A stretch of DNA of 64,000 bases, taken from sequence record NC_054934.1; one strand, given 5' to 3'. A model generated the notes under the pieces. That model was not told the origin of the DNA and did no database searches. It worked only from the letters and a program-made list of their open reading frames with translations. Positions 1 through 9,071 of this stretch are shown here, piece after piece. The DNA is from Escherichia phage teqskov. The position numbers and the translations under genes were made by a program. Every line of letters begins with the position of its first letter. Position 1 is the first letter of the stretch.

Positions 1-24
1 ATGCTTTTATGAATAGAGGTTAAT

Positions 25-189
25 ATGAAAACGTTTAAAGAATTTATCAAAGAAGATATGGTCGCTGGAGATTCAGGTGGTAATCCTGAAAATATCTCTA
101 CTGGAACAACGTCAGGCGCTGTAGTAAATAAAGGTCCTGAACAGATTCCTAAAAAGAAAAAAGAGGAATCTAAAGAAAAAGAAGAGTAA
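25..189 (+). CDS. hypothetical small charged protein (54 aa)
   Basis: ATG-initiated 54-codon frame ending 3 nt before the primase start; Lys/Glu-rich C-terminus; below ORF-track cutoff; no recognised motif. Confidence 0.3.
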   Translation: MKTFKEFIKEDMVAGDSGGNPENISTGTTSGAVVNKGPEQIPKKKKEESKEKEE

Positions 190-191
190 AA

Positions 192-1220
192 ATGTCATCG
201 ATACCTTGGATTGATAATGAGTTTGCATATCGTGCATTAGCTCATTTACCTAAATTCACACAAGTAAATAATAGTTCAACTTTTAAATTGCGGTTTAGAT
301 GCCCTGTTTGTGGAGATTCAAAAACCGACCAAAATAAAGCCCGTGGATGGTATTATGGTGATAATAATGAAGGAAATATTCATTGTTATAACTGTAACTA
401 TCATGCACCAATCGGAATATATTTAAAGGAGTTTGAACCTGATTTATATCGTGAGTATATCTTTGAAATAAGAAAAGAAAAAGGTAAAAGTCGTCCAGTA
501 GAAAAACCTAAAGAACTTCCTAAACAACCTGAGAAGAAAATAATTAAATCTCTTCCGTCATGTGTTAGATTAGATAAACTGACGGAAGACCATCCAATTA
601 TAAAATACGTAAAAGCTCGCTGTATTCCAAAGGATAAATGGAAATATCTTTGGTTTACAACTGAATGGCCTAAATTAGTTAATAGCATAGCACCAGGAAC
701 ATATAAAAAGGAAATACCTGAGCCTCGTCTTGTTATTCCAATTTATAATGCTAATGGAAAAGCTGAGTCTTTTCAAGGGCGTGCATTAAAGAAAGATGCT
801 CCCCAAAAATATATCACCATCAAAGCTTATCCTGAGGCAACAAAAATCTATGGTGTTGAACGGGTTAAAGATGGTGATGTATATGTTCTAGAAGGACCTA
901 TAGATTCGCTTTTTATTGAAAATGGTATAGCTATTACGGGTGGTCAATTAGACCTAGAAATTGTTCCATTTAAAGATAGACGTGTATGGGTTTTAGATAA
1001 TGAACCTCGTCACCCTGACACTATTAAACGAATGACTAAATTAGTTGATGCAGGAGAAAGGGTTATGTTTTGGGACAAATCTCCCTGGAAATCAAAAGAT
1101 GTTAATGATATGATTAGAAAGGAAGGTGCAACCCCTGAACAAATTATGGAATATATGAAAAATAATATTGCCCAAGGGTTGATGGCTAAAATGCGGCTAT
1201 CTAAATATGCTAAGATTTAA
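192..1220 (+). CDS. 61: DNA primase gp61
   Basis: 342 aa, same length as T4 gp61; N-terminal Cys4 zinc ribbon (CPVCGDS...CYNCNYH); sequence recognised as T4-type primase. Confidence 0.9.
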   Translation: MSSIPWIDNEFAYRALAHLPKFTQVNNSSTFKLRFRCPVCGDSKTDQNKARGWYYGDNNEGNIHCYNCNYHAPIGIYLKEFEPDLYREYIFEIRKEKGKSRPVEKPKELPKQPEKKIIKSLPSCVRLDKLTEDHPIIKYVKARCIPKDKWKYLWFTTEWPKLVNSIAPGTYKKEIPEPRLVIPIYNANGKAESFQGRALKKDAPQKYITIKAYPEATKIYGVERVKDGDVYVLEGPIDSLFIENGIAITGGQLDLEIVPFKDRRVWVLDNEPRHPDTIKRMTKLVDAGERVMFWDKSPWKSKDVNDMIRKEGATPEQIMEYMKNNIAQGLMAKMRLSKYAKI

Positions 1221-1417
1221 ATTAACCCAACCAAAGCAAATGATAAATCTACGAATGTATCAAGAGTAATTACTGGAATATTAACACCATGAGCAATAGC
1301 AATTGGTGATAAAACAAAATTCCAGAGTAAAATTCCTACCGTAGCAGAAATAGTAAAAGCTATACGTTTTTTATTACCTTTTATGGCATTAACAAGTGCC
1401 ATTAATTTTTGTACCAT
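1217..1417 (-). CDS. hypothetical small membrane protein (66 aa), antisense to the early gene block
   Basis: Minus-strand ORF with strong SD (AAGGAGGA) 3-4 nt before ATG; two hydrophobic segments; sits in a 268-bp gap between 61 and 56. Confidence 0.45.
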   Translation of the reverse strand: MVQKLMALVNAIKGNKKRIAFTISATVGILLWNFVLSPIAIAHGVNIPVITLDTFVDLSFALVGLI

Positions 1418-1488
1418 ATGTCCTCCTTATTGCTTTATATATTTATTGTATAATTAATCTACTAAACCATGAATTGAAAGGAAAAATA

Positions 1489-2007
1489 ATGGCATACTTT
1501 AATGAATGTTCACAACTGATTGAAGGCGCTGATAAAGCTCAAAATGAATACTGGGATATTCTCGGTGATGAAAAAGACCCGCTGCAAGTTATGCTTGATA
1601 TGCAGAAATCTCTTCAGGTTCGTTTAGCTAAAGATAAACCTGAATATAACCGTCATCCTGATGATTTGGCTACCGCAGGCGAAGTTGTTGATTGGTTGCG
1701 TAATCAGAAAGATTATATTGATGATGAATTCCGCGAACTATTGACTTCTCTTGGTGGTATGAGCAATGGTGAAAAAGATGCATCTGCTGTATGGAAGCCT
1801 TGGAAAGCTCAACATGGTGAACGACGTGAAACTCTGATTACTGATTTGTCTCCACAAGACCAGTTGGAAATTAAATTCGAAATGATTGATATTCTTCATT
1901 TCGTTCTGAACATGTTCCAAGGTCTCGGTCTTACGGCTGAAGAAATCTTTAAACTTTATTATTTGAAAAATGCTGAAAACTTCGCTCGTCAAGACCGAGG
2001 TTATTAA
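1489..2007 (+). CDS. 56: dCTP pyrophosphatase gp56 (MazG-like)
   Basis: 172 aa from ATG at 1489 with RBS (T4 gp56 is 171 aa); all-alpha NTP-PPase acidic motifs (DDEFRELL, EIKFEMIDILHF). Confidence 0.85.
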   Translation: MAYFNECSQLIEGADKAQNEYWDILGDEKDPLQVMLDMQKSLQVRLAKDKPEYNRHPDDLATAGEVVDWLRNQKDYIDDEFRELLTSLGGMSNGEKDASAVWKPWKAQHGERRETLITDLSPQDQLEIKFEMIDILHFVLNMFQGLGLTAEEIFKLYYLKNAENFARQDRGY

Positions 2008-2231
2008 TGGCTCGTTTAAATAAACGCCAGCTTAAGAAAGCCCACAAGAAACGTATTGACCAGCTATTTAAAAATTATGACAAAGAGCTCACATACGAGC
2101 TCTTATCTAATCAGCTTCGTGCAGTTGATTGGGGTGTAGAAGAAGGTCTTGATGAAATTTTTGTCAGTAAAGAAGCCTTAAAATTAATTATAGAGCATTC
2201 AAATGAAAATATCCAAAGAAGAATTTATTAG
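2007..2231 (+). CDS. hypothetical protein (74 aa)
   Basis: ATG overlaps gp56 stop (TAATG); basic N-terminus; no recognised motif. Confidence 0.4.
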   Translation: MARLNKRQLKKAHKKRIDQLFKNYDKELTYELLSNQLRAVDWGVEEGLDEIFVSKEALKLIIEHSNENIQRRIY

Positions 2232-2376
2232 ACGACAAAAAGCTTTAATTAATTTACACGAGTGGTATGCCTATCAACTTAAAGTAGATAGCTCTAATAT
2301 AAATGCTGTAATGGCTTTATATAAACAAATTCAAGATGAACACGAATTCCTGGCACAAGTTTTCATTGAAGACTGA
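2203..2376 (+). CDS. hypothetical protein (57 aa), overlaps previous ORF out of frame
   Basis: ATG-initiated frame, 29-nt overlap with 2007..2231; could be a separate gene or the remnant of a frameshifted longer gene. Confidence 0.3.
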   Translation: MKISKEEFIRRQKALINLHEWYAYQLKVDSSNINAVMALYKQIQDEHEFLAQVFIED

Positions 2377-2384
2377 TATAAATA
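2377..2384 (+). promoter_or_regulatory. late promoter (TATAAATA) for soc
   Basis: Exact TATAAATA about 32 nt upstream of soc ATG. Confidence 0.55.
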
Positions 2385-2415
2385 CACCTGTAATTAAACA
2401 ATAAAGGAGTTTATT

Positions 2416-2652
2416 ATGGGTGGTTTCGTTAACATCAAGACCTTTACTCATCCAGCAGGTGAAGGCAAAGAAGTTAAAGGTATGGAAGTTTCTGTAGCAT
2501 TTGATGTATATTCAAATGAACACCGTATTGCAGATTCTCATTATCAAATCTTTCCGTCAGAAAAAGCAGCTTATTCTGATGTAGTTTCCGATGCAGCAAC
2601 TTGGAAAACTAAGAATGCTGCAATGTTTACACCTACAGAAATAGGTGGTTAA
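2416..2652 (+). CDS. soc: small outer capsid protein Soc
   Basis: 78 aa; conserved Soc segments VNIKTF, VAF, HYQ.FPSEKAAYS; preceded by late promoter, followed by terminator. Confidence 0.8.
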   Translation: MGGFVNIKTFTHPAGEGKEVKGMEVSVAFDVYSNEHRIADSHYQIFPSEKAAYSDVVSDAATWKTKNAAMFTPTEIGG

Positions 2653-2659
2653 TAATTCA

Positions 2660-2684
2660 AGGACTCCTTCGGGAGTCCTTTTTC
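2660..2684 (+). terminator. rho-independent terminator (UUCG tetraloop hairpin + T-tract)
   Basis: AGGACTCCTTCGGGAGTCCT followed by TTTTT; identical hairpin recurs at 55518. Confidence 0.75.
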
Positions 2685-2693
2685 ATTTAAATG

Positions 2694-2723
2694 GTTTACT
2701 TTCCAAAATGAGTATGGTATAAT
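2694..2723 (+). promoter_or_regulatory. early promoter
   Basis: GTTTAC -35, 18-bp spacer, TGGTATAAT extended -10. Confidence 0.55.
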
Positions 2724-2749
2724 AGAATTATCTTATAGAGGAGAGCACT

Positions 2750-2956
2750 ATGTTAAATCGCTGGATTAAACCAAATGAAGATTTAGATATTATCATTTCA
2801 CGGCATGTAATGAAGAAATATGAACTACAGCCATGGTCTACAGAAGTTGTTGTGCATTCATTTATGATGTACGCAGATGGTTCTGTCGAATTTAATGCAG
2901 AGATTCGATATGATTATGGCGAAAAGCAAGTCGAATTCAAAAGAGGCTTTTTGTAA
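2750..2956 (+). CDS. hypothetical protein (68 aa)
   Basis: ATG with AGAGGAGAG RBS; no recognised motif. Confidence 0.45.
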   Translation: MLNRWIKPNEDLDIIISRHVMKKYELQPWSTEVVVHSFMMYADGSVEFNAEIRYDYGEKQVEFKRGFL

Positions 2957-3297
2957 TGTTTATCTTTAATTGGTTTAAAAGTTTCTTTACGGATTTTTTC
3001 TCTACAACTCCCGGAGAAGGTGTAGTTCCTATTTCAAATGACTACCTTCCTTTAACTGTAGTTGAATATGTTTATATGGGAGATGGAACAGTAGAAGCAG
3101 TCACTATGACTTATGAAGAAGCCCAAGAATATTATAAAAATCCTTGGCGCTGGTCAACACCTACTACATCATCTAATGCACAGAAAACACAGTCTAGTTC
3201 TGATTCATATGATACAAATGTTCCTGTTTATGTATGGACGGGCGATTCATGTGGAAGTTCTTGTGATTCTAGTTGTTCATCTACATCTTGTGATTGA
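2956..3297 (+). CDS. hypothetical protein with Cys/Ser-rich C-terminal tail (113 aa)
   Basis: Hydrophobic N-terminus; C-terminal [18 protein letters not shown] low-complexity Cys repeat. Confidence 0.5.
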   Translation: MFIFNWFKSFFTDFFSTTPGEGVVPISNDYLPLTVVEYVYMGDGTVEAVTMTYEEAQEYYKNPWRWSTPTTSSNAQKTQSSSDSYDTNVPVYVWTGDSCGSSCDSSCSSTSCD

Positions 3298-3305
3298 GGA
3301 AAATT

Positions 3306-3791
3306 ATGGAAGCGATTTTGTTTGAAATGTATATTAGCAGTAATAGTATGTCATTTGCTAAAGACGTTCCAATTACCGTAGCAGTAATGATTGATAAGGG
3401 TTATTGTGACCCAATGTATCTCGTAGAAAATTTCGTTTCAATGCCAGTTCCAGAAGATGCTGAAATAAAACTTAAAAAGATTGGTATTATTGAAACTGTA
3501 CCAAATATTCCGTTTAGAGCAATTGAAGCATTTACTAAATCCGAATACATTAATGTTAGCGCAGAACAATATAATGATAAACCTATATCTTTCTATTCGT
3601 ATGATTCAGTATATAGTTGGAAAATAGATAAAGGAAATAAATTTATAATTGTGAGTGAAGATGCTTTATCATACTTTATTTCTTCTATATGGAATAGTTT
3701 ACATCCAAATTTGCTAAAAATTCATGAATTTGATGATGCTCCTACTGTTGTTTTAGGTAAAACAGATGAAAGTTCTGAAGAAAATGCTTGA
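3306..3791 (+). CDS. hypothetical protein (161 aa)
   Basis: ATG at 3306 with GAGGA RBS (ORF-track start 3294 is TTG); same length as T4 Mrh but sequence identity not verifiable. Confidence 0.5.
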   Translation: MEAILFEMYISSNSMSFAKDVPITVAVMIDKGYCDPMYLVENFVSMPVPEDAEIKLKKIGIIETVPNIPFRAIEAFTKSEYINVSAEQYNDKPISFYSYDSVYSWKIDKGNKFIIVSEDALSYFISSIWNSLHPNLLKIHEFDDAPTVVLGKTDESSEENA

Positions 3792-3969
3792 ATGGTTCAG
3801 TAGACCAAACTCAATGTATATTGACGATGGTTGGGTTGAACAGGCAAATAAAGAAATGCAGAACGAATCGGAAGAATGGATGAAATCTATGATTAAAGCT
3901 GAGCAAGAAAAGAAATTAGAGCGCTCAGCTCTTAAATTAATGAGAGATATTTACGGTGATAAATCATGA
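3784..3969 (+). CDS. hypothetical protein (about 61 aa)
   Basis: ATG overlapping stop of upstream gene; charged, helical-looking sequence. Confidence 0.4.
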   Translation: MLEWFSRPNSMYIDDGWVEQANKEMQNESEEWMKSMIKAEQEKKLERSALKLMRDIYGDKS

Positions 3970-4130
3970 GCAAAGATATGACGTTAGAAGAGGCCAAAGC
4001 AAAAGCAAATGAAGCAATGGATTTGCTTCTTAAAATTGGTAGTAAAATGATGGAAGAAAATGAGAAATACATTCAGGAAAACAAAATTCCTGACGGTCCA
4101 TTAGTAGGCAAAAGGAAATCACATGATTGA
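3966..4130 (+). CDS. hypothetical protein (54 aa)
   Basis: ATGA start/stop overlap with previous ORF; below ORF-track cutoff. Confidence 0.35.
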   Translation: MSKDMTLEEAKAKANEAMDLLLKIGSKMMEENEKYIQENKIPDGPLVGKRKSHD

Positions 4131-4593
4131 AGTAGCAAAACTATATTCAATAGAATTTATGTCTAAAGAAGGTAAATCAGTAAATACACTTGATAAAAAA
4201 TGCTCATTAATTATTCCTTTAGCAGAAAATCCGGATTTTTTAATTAAAGATATAAAAGAAAGAAAATATCCAGAAAATGTTATTCTAATTATAAAGCATA
4301 CTGAAGATATTTTGCAGAATACTGATTCACCGTTTTCTTCTTCCGAAGCTTTAACTATTAAAGGCTATAAAAGAGCTCATGAATATGGTCTTTTTGACAT
4401 GTTTGAAGACGATAAAGTTAAATTAGCGAGTCAACCTTCTAAAAGTAAAACATTCATTATTGAAGATATTAAAGATATAAATGCATTTGTTAAGATGGTC
4501 TGGGCTCATTTTGATGTTGGACTACGCTGGAGAATGTCCGAAGAAGAAAGAAAGATTATTGAAGCTAATCGTCAATTTGGTTTTTATCGCTAG
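4123..4593 (+). CDS. hypothetical protein (156 aa)
   Basis: ATG with AAAGGAAA RBS; no recognised motif. Confidence 0.5.
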   Translation: MIEVAKLYSIEFMSKEGKSVNTLDKKCSLIIPLAENPDFLIKDIKERKYPENVILIIKHTEDILQNTDSPFSSSEALTIKGYKRAHEYGLFDMFEDDKVKLASQPSKSKTFIIEDIKDINAFVKMVWAHFDVGLRWRMSEEERKIIEANRQFGFYR

Positions 4594-4601
4594 GAATTAG
4601 T

Positions 4602-4784
4602 ATGGATTTATTTGAGATGTTAGAAGATAATCATTCTACGAATATCCAGAATGATTCTAGTGATTATAAGAAAGAATACCGTATAGTATTACAGAATTAT
4701 GGAATTGAAGCCCCAGATGCTCTTCTAGAAGAACTAGCTTCATACCATCTTGACCCTCCGCCCTGGGCTCCCTGGGCAAAATAA
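4602..4784 (+). CDS. hypothetical acidic protein (60 aa)
   Basis: ATG with RBS; acidic, Pro/Trp-rich C-terminus. Confidence 0.4.
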   Translation: MDLFEMLEDNHSTNIQNDSSDYKKEYRIVLQNYGIEAPDALLEELASYHLDPPPWAPWAK

Positions 4785-4795
4785 TTCAAAAAGTT

Positions 4796-4825
4796 GTTTA
4801 CTTTCCTTTCTAACGATGATATGAT
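4796..4825 (+). promoter_or_regulatory. early promoter
   Basis: GTTTAC -35, 18-bp spacer, TATGAT -10; inverted repeat ATGATAGC/GCTATCAT links the -10 to the modB start codon. Confidence 0.5.
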
Positions 4826-4851
4826 AGCTTCTGAAGTATACGGAGGCTATC

Positions 4852-5475
4852 ATGATTATTAATCTTGCAGATGTTGAACAGTTATCTATAAAAGCTGAAA
4901 GCGTCGATTTTCAATATGATATGTATAAAAAGGTCTGTGAAAAATTTACTGACTTTGAACAGTCAATTCTTTGGCAATGTATGGAAGCCAAAAAGAATGA
5001 AGCTCTTCATAGGCAGTTGAATAAAATCGTTAAAAAGCATTTAACTAAATCACCTTATCAGTTATATCGTGGTATATCAAAATCAACAGAAGAACTTATT
5101 AAAGATTTACAAGTTGGAGAAGTGTTTTCAACGAACAGGGTAGATTCATTTACTACTAGTTTGCTCACAGCATGTTCTTTTTCTTACGCTGAATATTTTA
5201 CTAAAATAATACTTCGCTTAAAAACTAATAAAGCTTTTAATTATTCTGACCATATCAGCGATATTATACTTTCTTCTCCTAATACTGAGTTTAAGTACAC
5301 GTATGAAGATACTGATGGATTAGATTCAGAGCGTACTGATAACTTAATGATGATTGTGCGTGAACAGGAATGGATGATTCCAATTGGAAAGTATAGAATA
5401 ACTTCTATTTCAAAAGAAAAATTACACGATTCATTTGGAACATTTAAAGTTTATGATATTGAGGTAGTTGAATGA
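4852..5475 (+). CDS. modB: ADP-ribosyltransferase ModB
   Basis: 207 aa (T4 ModB length); ART R-S-E triad (YRG, FTTSL, EQEWMIP); position upstream of modA. Confidence 0.7.
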   Translation: MIINLADVEQLSIKAESVDFQYDMYKKVCEKFTDFEQSILWQCMEAKKNEALHRQLNKIVKKHLTKSPYQLYRGISKSTEELIKDLQVGEVFSTNRVDSFTTSLLTACSFSYAEYFTKIILRLKTNKAFNYSDHISDIILSSPNTEFKYTYEDTDGLDSERTDNLMMIVREQEWMIPIGKYRITSISKEKLHDSFGTFKVYDIEVVE

Positions 5476-6074
5476 AATACTCAGTAATGCAACTAAAAGA
5501 TTTTAAAATAAAATCAATGGATGCATCGGTGCGTGCTTCTATTCGTGAAGAATTACTTTCTGAAGGGTTTAATTTATCTGAAATTGAACTTTTAATTCAT
5601 TGTATTACTAATAAACCAGATGACCATACTTGGTTAAATGAAATAATCAAATCTCGTTTGGAACCAAACGATAAACCTCTTTGGAGAGGTGTTCCAGCTG
5701 AGACTAAACAAGTATTAAATCAAGGAATTGATATTATTACATTTGATAAAGTCGTATCAGCTTCATATGATAAAAATATAGCTCTACATTTTGCTTCTGG
5801 TTTAGAGTATAACACACAAGTTATTTTTGAATTCAAAGCTCCTATGGTATTCAATTTCCAGGAGTATGCTATAAAAGCTCTACGCTGTAAAGAATACAAT
5901 CCAAACTTTAAGTTTCCGGATAGCCATCGTTATCGTAATATGGAATTAGTTTCAGATGAACAAGAAGTAATGATACCAGCTGGAAGTGTATTTAGAATTG
6001 CAGATAGATATGAATACAAAAAGTATTCAACATACACTATCTATACTCTTGATTTTGAAGGATTTAATCTATAA
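5472..6074 (+). CDS. modA: ADP-ribosyltransferase ModA
   Basis: 200 aa (T4 ModA length); ART triad (WRG, SAS, EQEVMIP); tandem with modB. Confidence 0.7.
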   Translation: MKYSVMQLKDFKIKSMDASVRASIREELLSEGFNLSEIELLIHCITNKPDDHTWLNEIIKSRLEPNDKPLWRGVPAETKQVLNQGIDIITFDKVVSASYDKNIALHFASGLEYNTQVIFEFKAPMVFNFQEYAIKALRCKEYNPNFKFPDSHRYRNMELVSDEQEVMIPAGSVFRIADRYEYKKYSTYTIYTLDFEGFNL

Positions 6075-6130
6075 TGGAAGGACTTAGATTCATTATACCA
6101 TGAAAGTTTTAAAGCATTTTTCATAAAGTT

Positions 6131-6160
6131 GTTTACAAGTTAAAGTAAAAATGTTATAGT
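6131..6160 (+). promoter_or_regulatory. early promoter
   Basis: GTTTAC -35, 18-bp spacer, TATAGT -10. Confidence 0.5.
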
Positions 6161-6196
6161 ATAAGTAGTTAACCGTCCGTAAGATGTGAGAAAAAT

Positions 6197-6943
6197 ATGA
6201 AGCTGTCTAATAACCAAATTCGTAAAATTAAACGTCGTCTAGAGCATACCCAGGCATCTGCAAAAAGACGTTCTAAAGATTTTAACTTAGACTTCAATTA
6301 CATTAAGAACATTTTAGATCAGAAAGTTTGTGCTTACTCAGGAGAACCTTTTGATAATCGTGTTGAAGGAGAGAAATTATCATTAGAACGTTTTGATAAT
6401 AACGTTGGATACATTAAAGGGAATGTTATTGCAGTAAAGAAAAAGTATAATACATTTCGTTCTGATTATACTTTAGAAGAGTTGATTGAAAAGCGTGATT
6501 TATTTGCTTTGCGAATTGGTCGTTCATCTGCGAAAAAAGTTCATAAACTAAATTTAGATGAAAAGAAATGGGCTAAAATCAAAAAGACTTATAATCAAAT
6601 TAAAGCTATACAGAAAAAACGTGAAAACCGAATTGAACACATTTCTCAGCTTTCTAAATCAAAACAGACCTCTGACATTAAGCTAAGAATTATAGCACTT
6701 AAAGCTCGTATTGATGGTTCTCGCATAGCAGAAGGCGCTGAAGTTGTTAAACTGAACGTTCTTCTTAAAGGCTCGGATTGGAAAATTGTGAAAAAGTTGT
6801 CAGAAGCAGAAATGCAATATGATATGTGTGATAAAATTATTCAAGGTGTAGAGCGGTATCAAAACTTGTCTTTTATTGATAAACTTAAACTGAAAAGAGG
6901 ATACCCGCTAAATTGTTCAATTTTTAAACTTATCCGAGGATAA
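6197..6943 (+). CDS. Srd-position protein (248 aa) with degenerate HNH-like N-terminal motif
   Basis: Size and position (between modA and dda) match T4 srd; N-terminus CAYSGEPF...LSLERFDNNVGYIKGNVIAV resembles an HNH core lacking the catalytic His/Cys. Confidence 0.5.
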   Translation: MKLSNNQIRKIKRRLEHTQASAKRRSKDFNLDFNYIKNILDQKVCAYSGEPFDNRVEGEKLSLERFDNNVGYIKGNVIAVKKKYNTFRSDYTLEELIEKRDLFALRIGRSSAKKVHKLNLDEKKWAKIKKTYNQIKAIQKKRENRIEHISQLSKSKQTSDIKLRIIALKARIDGSRIAEGAEVVKLNVLLKGSDWKIVKKLSEAEMQYDMCDKIIQGVERYQNLSFIDKLKLKRGYPLNCSIFKLIRG

Positions 6944-6944
6944 T

Positions 6945-7256
6945 ATGGTTTATGTATATGCGATAGTTTACCGAGACAAAGACGGATTTACGGCGCCAGT
7001 TCCGCTTGATGAACATCGTCCTGCTGTATTTTTTGAATGGAATATTGCTGATAAAGTATTTACTACTCTTAAAGAGCAGTATCGATTAGCTTTAGGTAAG
7101 GGAATTCCAAGATTAGTTGAGACTCCACGCAAGTTTTGGTTTAATAAAATAGAAGTTAAACATGTTAAGCCTGACGTAGACACACAAAGATTATATCAGC
7201 GAATTTTAGATACTGGGCGTATTGTTAGTATTCCAATTGCAGGGACTTTCCGATGA
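6945..7256 (+). CDS. hypothetical protein (103 aa)
   Basis: ATG with GAGGA RBS; immediately upstream of dda. Confidence 0.5.
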   Translation: MVYVYAIVYRDKDGFTAPVPLDEHRPAVFFEWNIADKVFTTLKEQYRLALGKGIPRLVETPRKFWFNKIEVKHVKPDVDTQRLYQRILDTGRIVSIPIAGTFR

Positions 7257-8572
7257 CATTTGATGATTTGACCGAAGGCCAGAAAAATGCCTTTAACATT
7301 GTTATGAAGGCTATTAAAGAAAAGAAACATCATGTAACTATTAATGGACCTGCTGGTACCGGTAAGACTACTCTTACTAAATTCATCATTGAAGCTTTAA
7401 TATCTACGGGTGAAACTGGTATTATTTTAGCAGCTCCTACGCATGCGGCTAAAAAGATTCTTTCAAAACTATCAGGGAAAGAAGCGAGTACTATTCATAG
7501 TATTCTTAAAATTAACCCAGTAACATATGAAGAAAACGTTCTTTTTGAACAAAAAGAAGTACCAGATTTAGCTAAATGCAGGGTATTAATCTGCGACGAA
7601 GTGTCAATGTATGATAGAAAGCTATTTAAAATTCTGCTTTCAACTATCCCGCCATGGTGTACCATAATTGGAATAGGGGATAATAAGCAAATTAGACCTG
7701 TTGACCCAGGAGAAAACACTGCTTATATCAGTCCATTCTTTACACATAAAGATTTTTATCAGTGTGAACTTACTGAAGTTAAACGCAGTAATGCTCCTAT
7801 TATTGATGTAGCTACTGACGTTCGTAACGGTAAGTGGATTTATGATAAAGTTGTTGACGGGCATGGAGTACGTGGATTTACTGGTGATACCGCTTTACGC
7901 GATTTTATGGTAAATTATTTTTCAATCGTCAAATCTTTAGATGATTTGTTTGAAAATCGCGTAATGGCATTTACGAATAAATCTGTTGACAAGTTAAATA
8001 GCATTATTCGTAAAAAGATTTTTGAAACTGATAAAGATTTTATTGTCGGTGAAATTATTGTAATGCAGGAACCATTAATTAAAACATATAAAATTGATGG
8101 AAAGCCTGTATCAGAAATTATTTTTAATAACGGACAATTAGTTCGTATTATAGAAGCAGAGTATACATCAACGTTTGTTAAAGCCCGTGGTGTTCCTGGG
8201 GAATATCTAATTCGTCATTGGGATTTAACAGTAGAAACTTACGGCGATGATGAATATTATCGTGAAAAGATTAAAATAATTTCATCTGATGAAGAGCTAT
8301 ATAAGTTTAACCTATTTTTAGGTAAAACTGCAGAAACTTATAAAAATTGGAACAAAGGCGGAAAAGCTCCGTGGAGTGATTTTTGGGATGCTAAATCACA
8401 GTTTAGTAAAGTGAAAGCACTTCCTGCATCAACATTCCATAAAGCTCAGGGTATGTCTGTAGACCGTGCTTTCATTTATACGCCTTGTATTCATTATGCA
8501 GATGCTGAATTGGCCCAACAACTTCTTTATGTTGGTGTTACCCGTGGTCGTTATGATGTGTTTTATGTGTGA
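7253..8572 (+). CDS. dda: Dda DNA helicase (SF1B)
   Basis: 439 aa; Walker A GPAGTGKT, DEVSM Walker B; sequence recognised as T4 Dda. Confidence 0.92.
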   Translation: MTFDDLTEGQKNAFNIVMKAIKEKKHHVTINGPAGTGKTTLTKFIIEALISTGETGIILAAPTHAAKKILSKLSGKEASTIHSILKINPVTYEENVLFEQKEVPDLAKCRVLICDEVSMYDRKLFKILLSTIPPWCTIIGIGDNKQIRPVDPGENTAYISPFFTHKDFYQCELTEVKRSNAPIIDVATDVRNGKWIYDKVVDGHGVRGFTGDTALRDFMVNYFSIVKSLDDLFENRVMAFTNKSVDKLNSIIRKKIFETDKDFIVGEIIVMQEPLIKTYKIDGKPVSEIIFNNGQLVRIIEAEYTSTFVKARGVPGEYLIRHWDLTVETYGDDEYYREKIKIISSDEELYKFNLFLGKTAETYKNWNKGGKAPWSDFWDAKSQFSKVKALPASTFHKAQGMSVDRAFIYTPCIHYADAELAQQLLYVGVTRGRYDVFYV

Positions 8573-8578
8573 GGTTAT

Positions 8579-8839
8579 ATGATTAACATCAATTCAAAAT
8601 ATTTAAATCGTCTAATAGATGGTATAAGGAAGCATACTAATAAGCAAGATAATCTTAATGTTATGGTAACAGGAGCTGAGCTCCTTCATAAGCTTTATCT
8701 TATAAGTGATACTATATTAGCAATTAAACGAATTGAAAAACAATCATATCACAGTAATACAGATACGGTAATTACACTAGATGAAAGTGTCTGTAAATTA
8801 CTAATTAAATTTGAGGAAGCTATTCGTGGAAATAACTAA
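8579..8839 (+). CDS. hypothetical protein (86 aa)
   Basis: ATG with GAGG RBS; first of three similar-sized small ORFs. Confidence 0.45.
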   Translation: MININSKYLNRLIDGIRKHTNKQDNLNVMVTGAELLHKLYLISDTILAIKRIEKQSYHSNTDTVITLDESVCKLLIKFEEAIRGNN

Positions 8840-9071
8840 AGATCAGTTTTATCTTCTTCAGGATAAAGTTAGCGAAATTTATGAAATTGCTCATGGTAAA
8901 AATCGTGAAACTGTAAAAATTGAATCTAGTAAGTTGATGCTTCAATTAGAAGAAATTGAACGAGATTTAATTGCGTTAGAATTCTTTTGTGGTGAAGTGA
9001 AAACTGTTACAATCAATGATTACGTTTTAGGCGAAATTAGCTATCTTTATGAGGCGATTATTAATGATTGA
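8826..9071 (+). CDS. hypothetical protein (about 81 aa, GTG start)
   Basis: No ATG available; GTG with GAGGAAG RBS; paralogous to next ORF (LEEIERDL / YVLGEI). Confidence 0.4.
   Translation: MEITKDQFYLLQDKVSEIYEIAHGKNRETVKIESSKLMLQLEEIERDLIALEFFCGEVKTVTINDYVLGEISYLYEAIIND

Noticed and set aside
401-688. 95-aa ORF on the minus strand inside primase gene 61
   Set aside because: Entirely antisense to a well-supported conserved gene; no RBS; typical shadow ORF of A/T-rich coding sequence.
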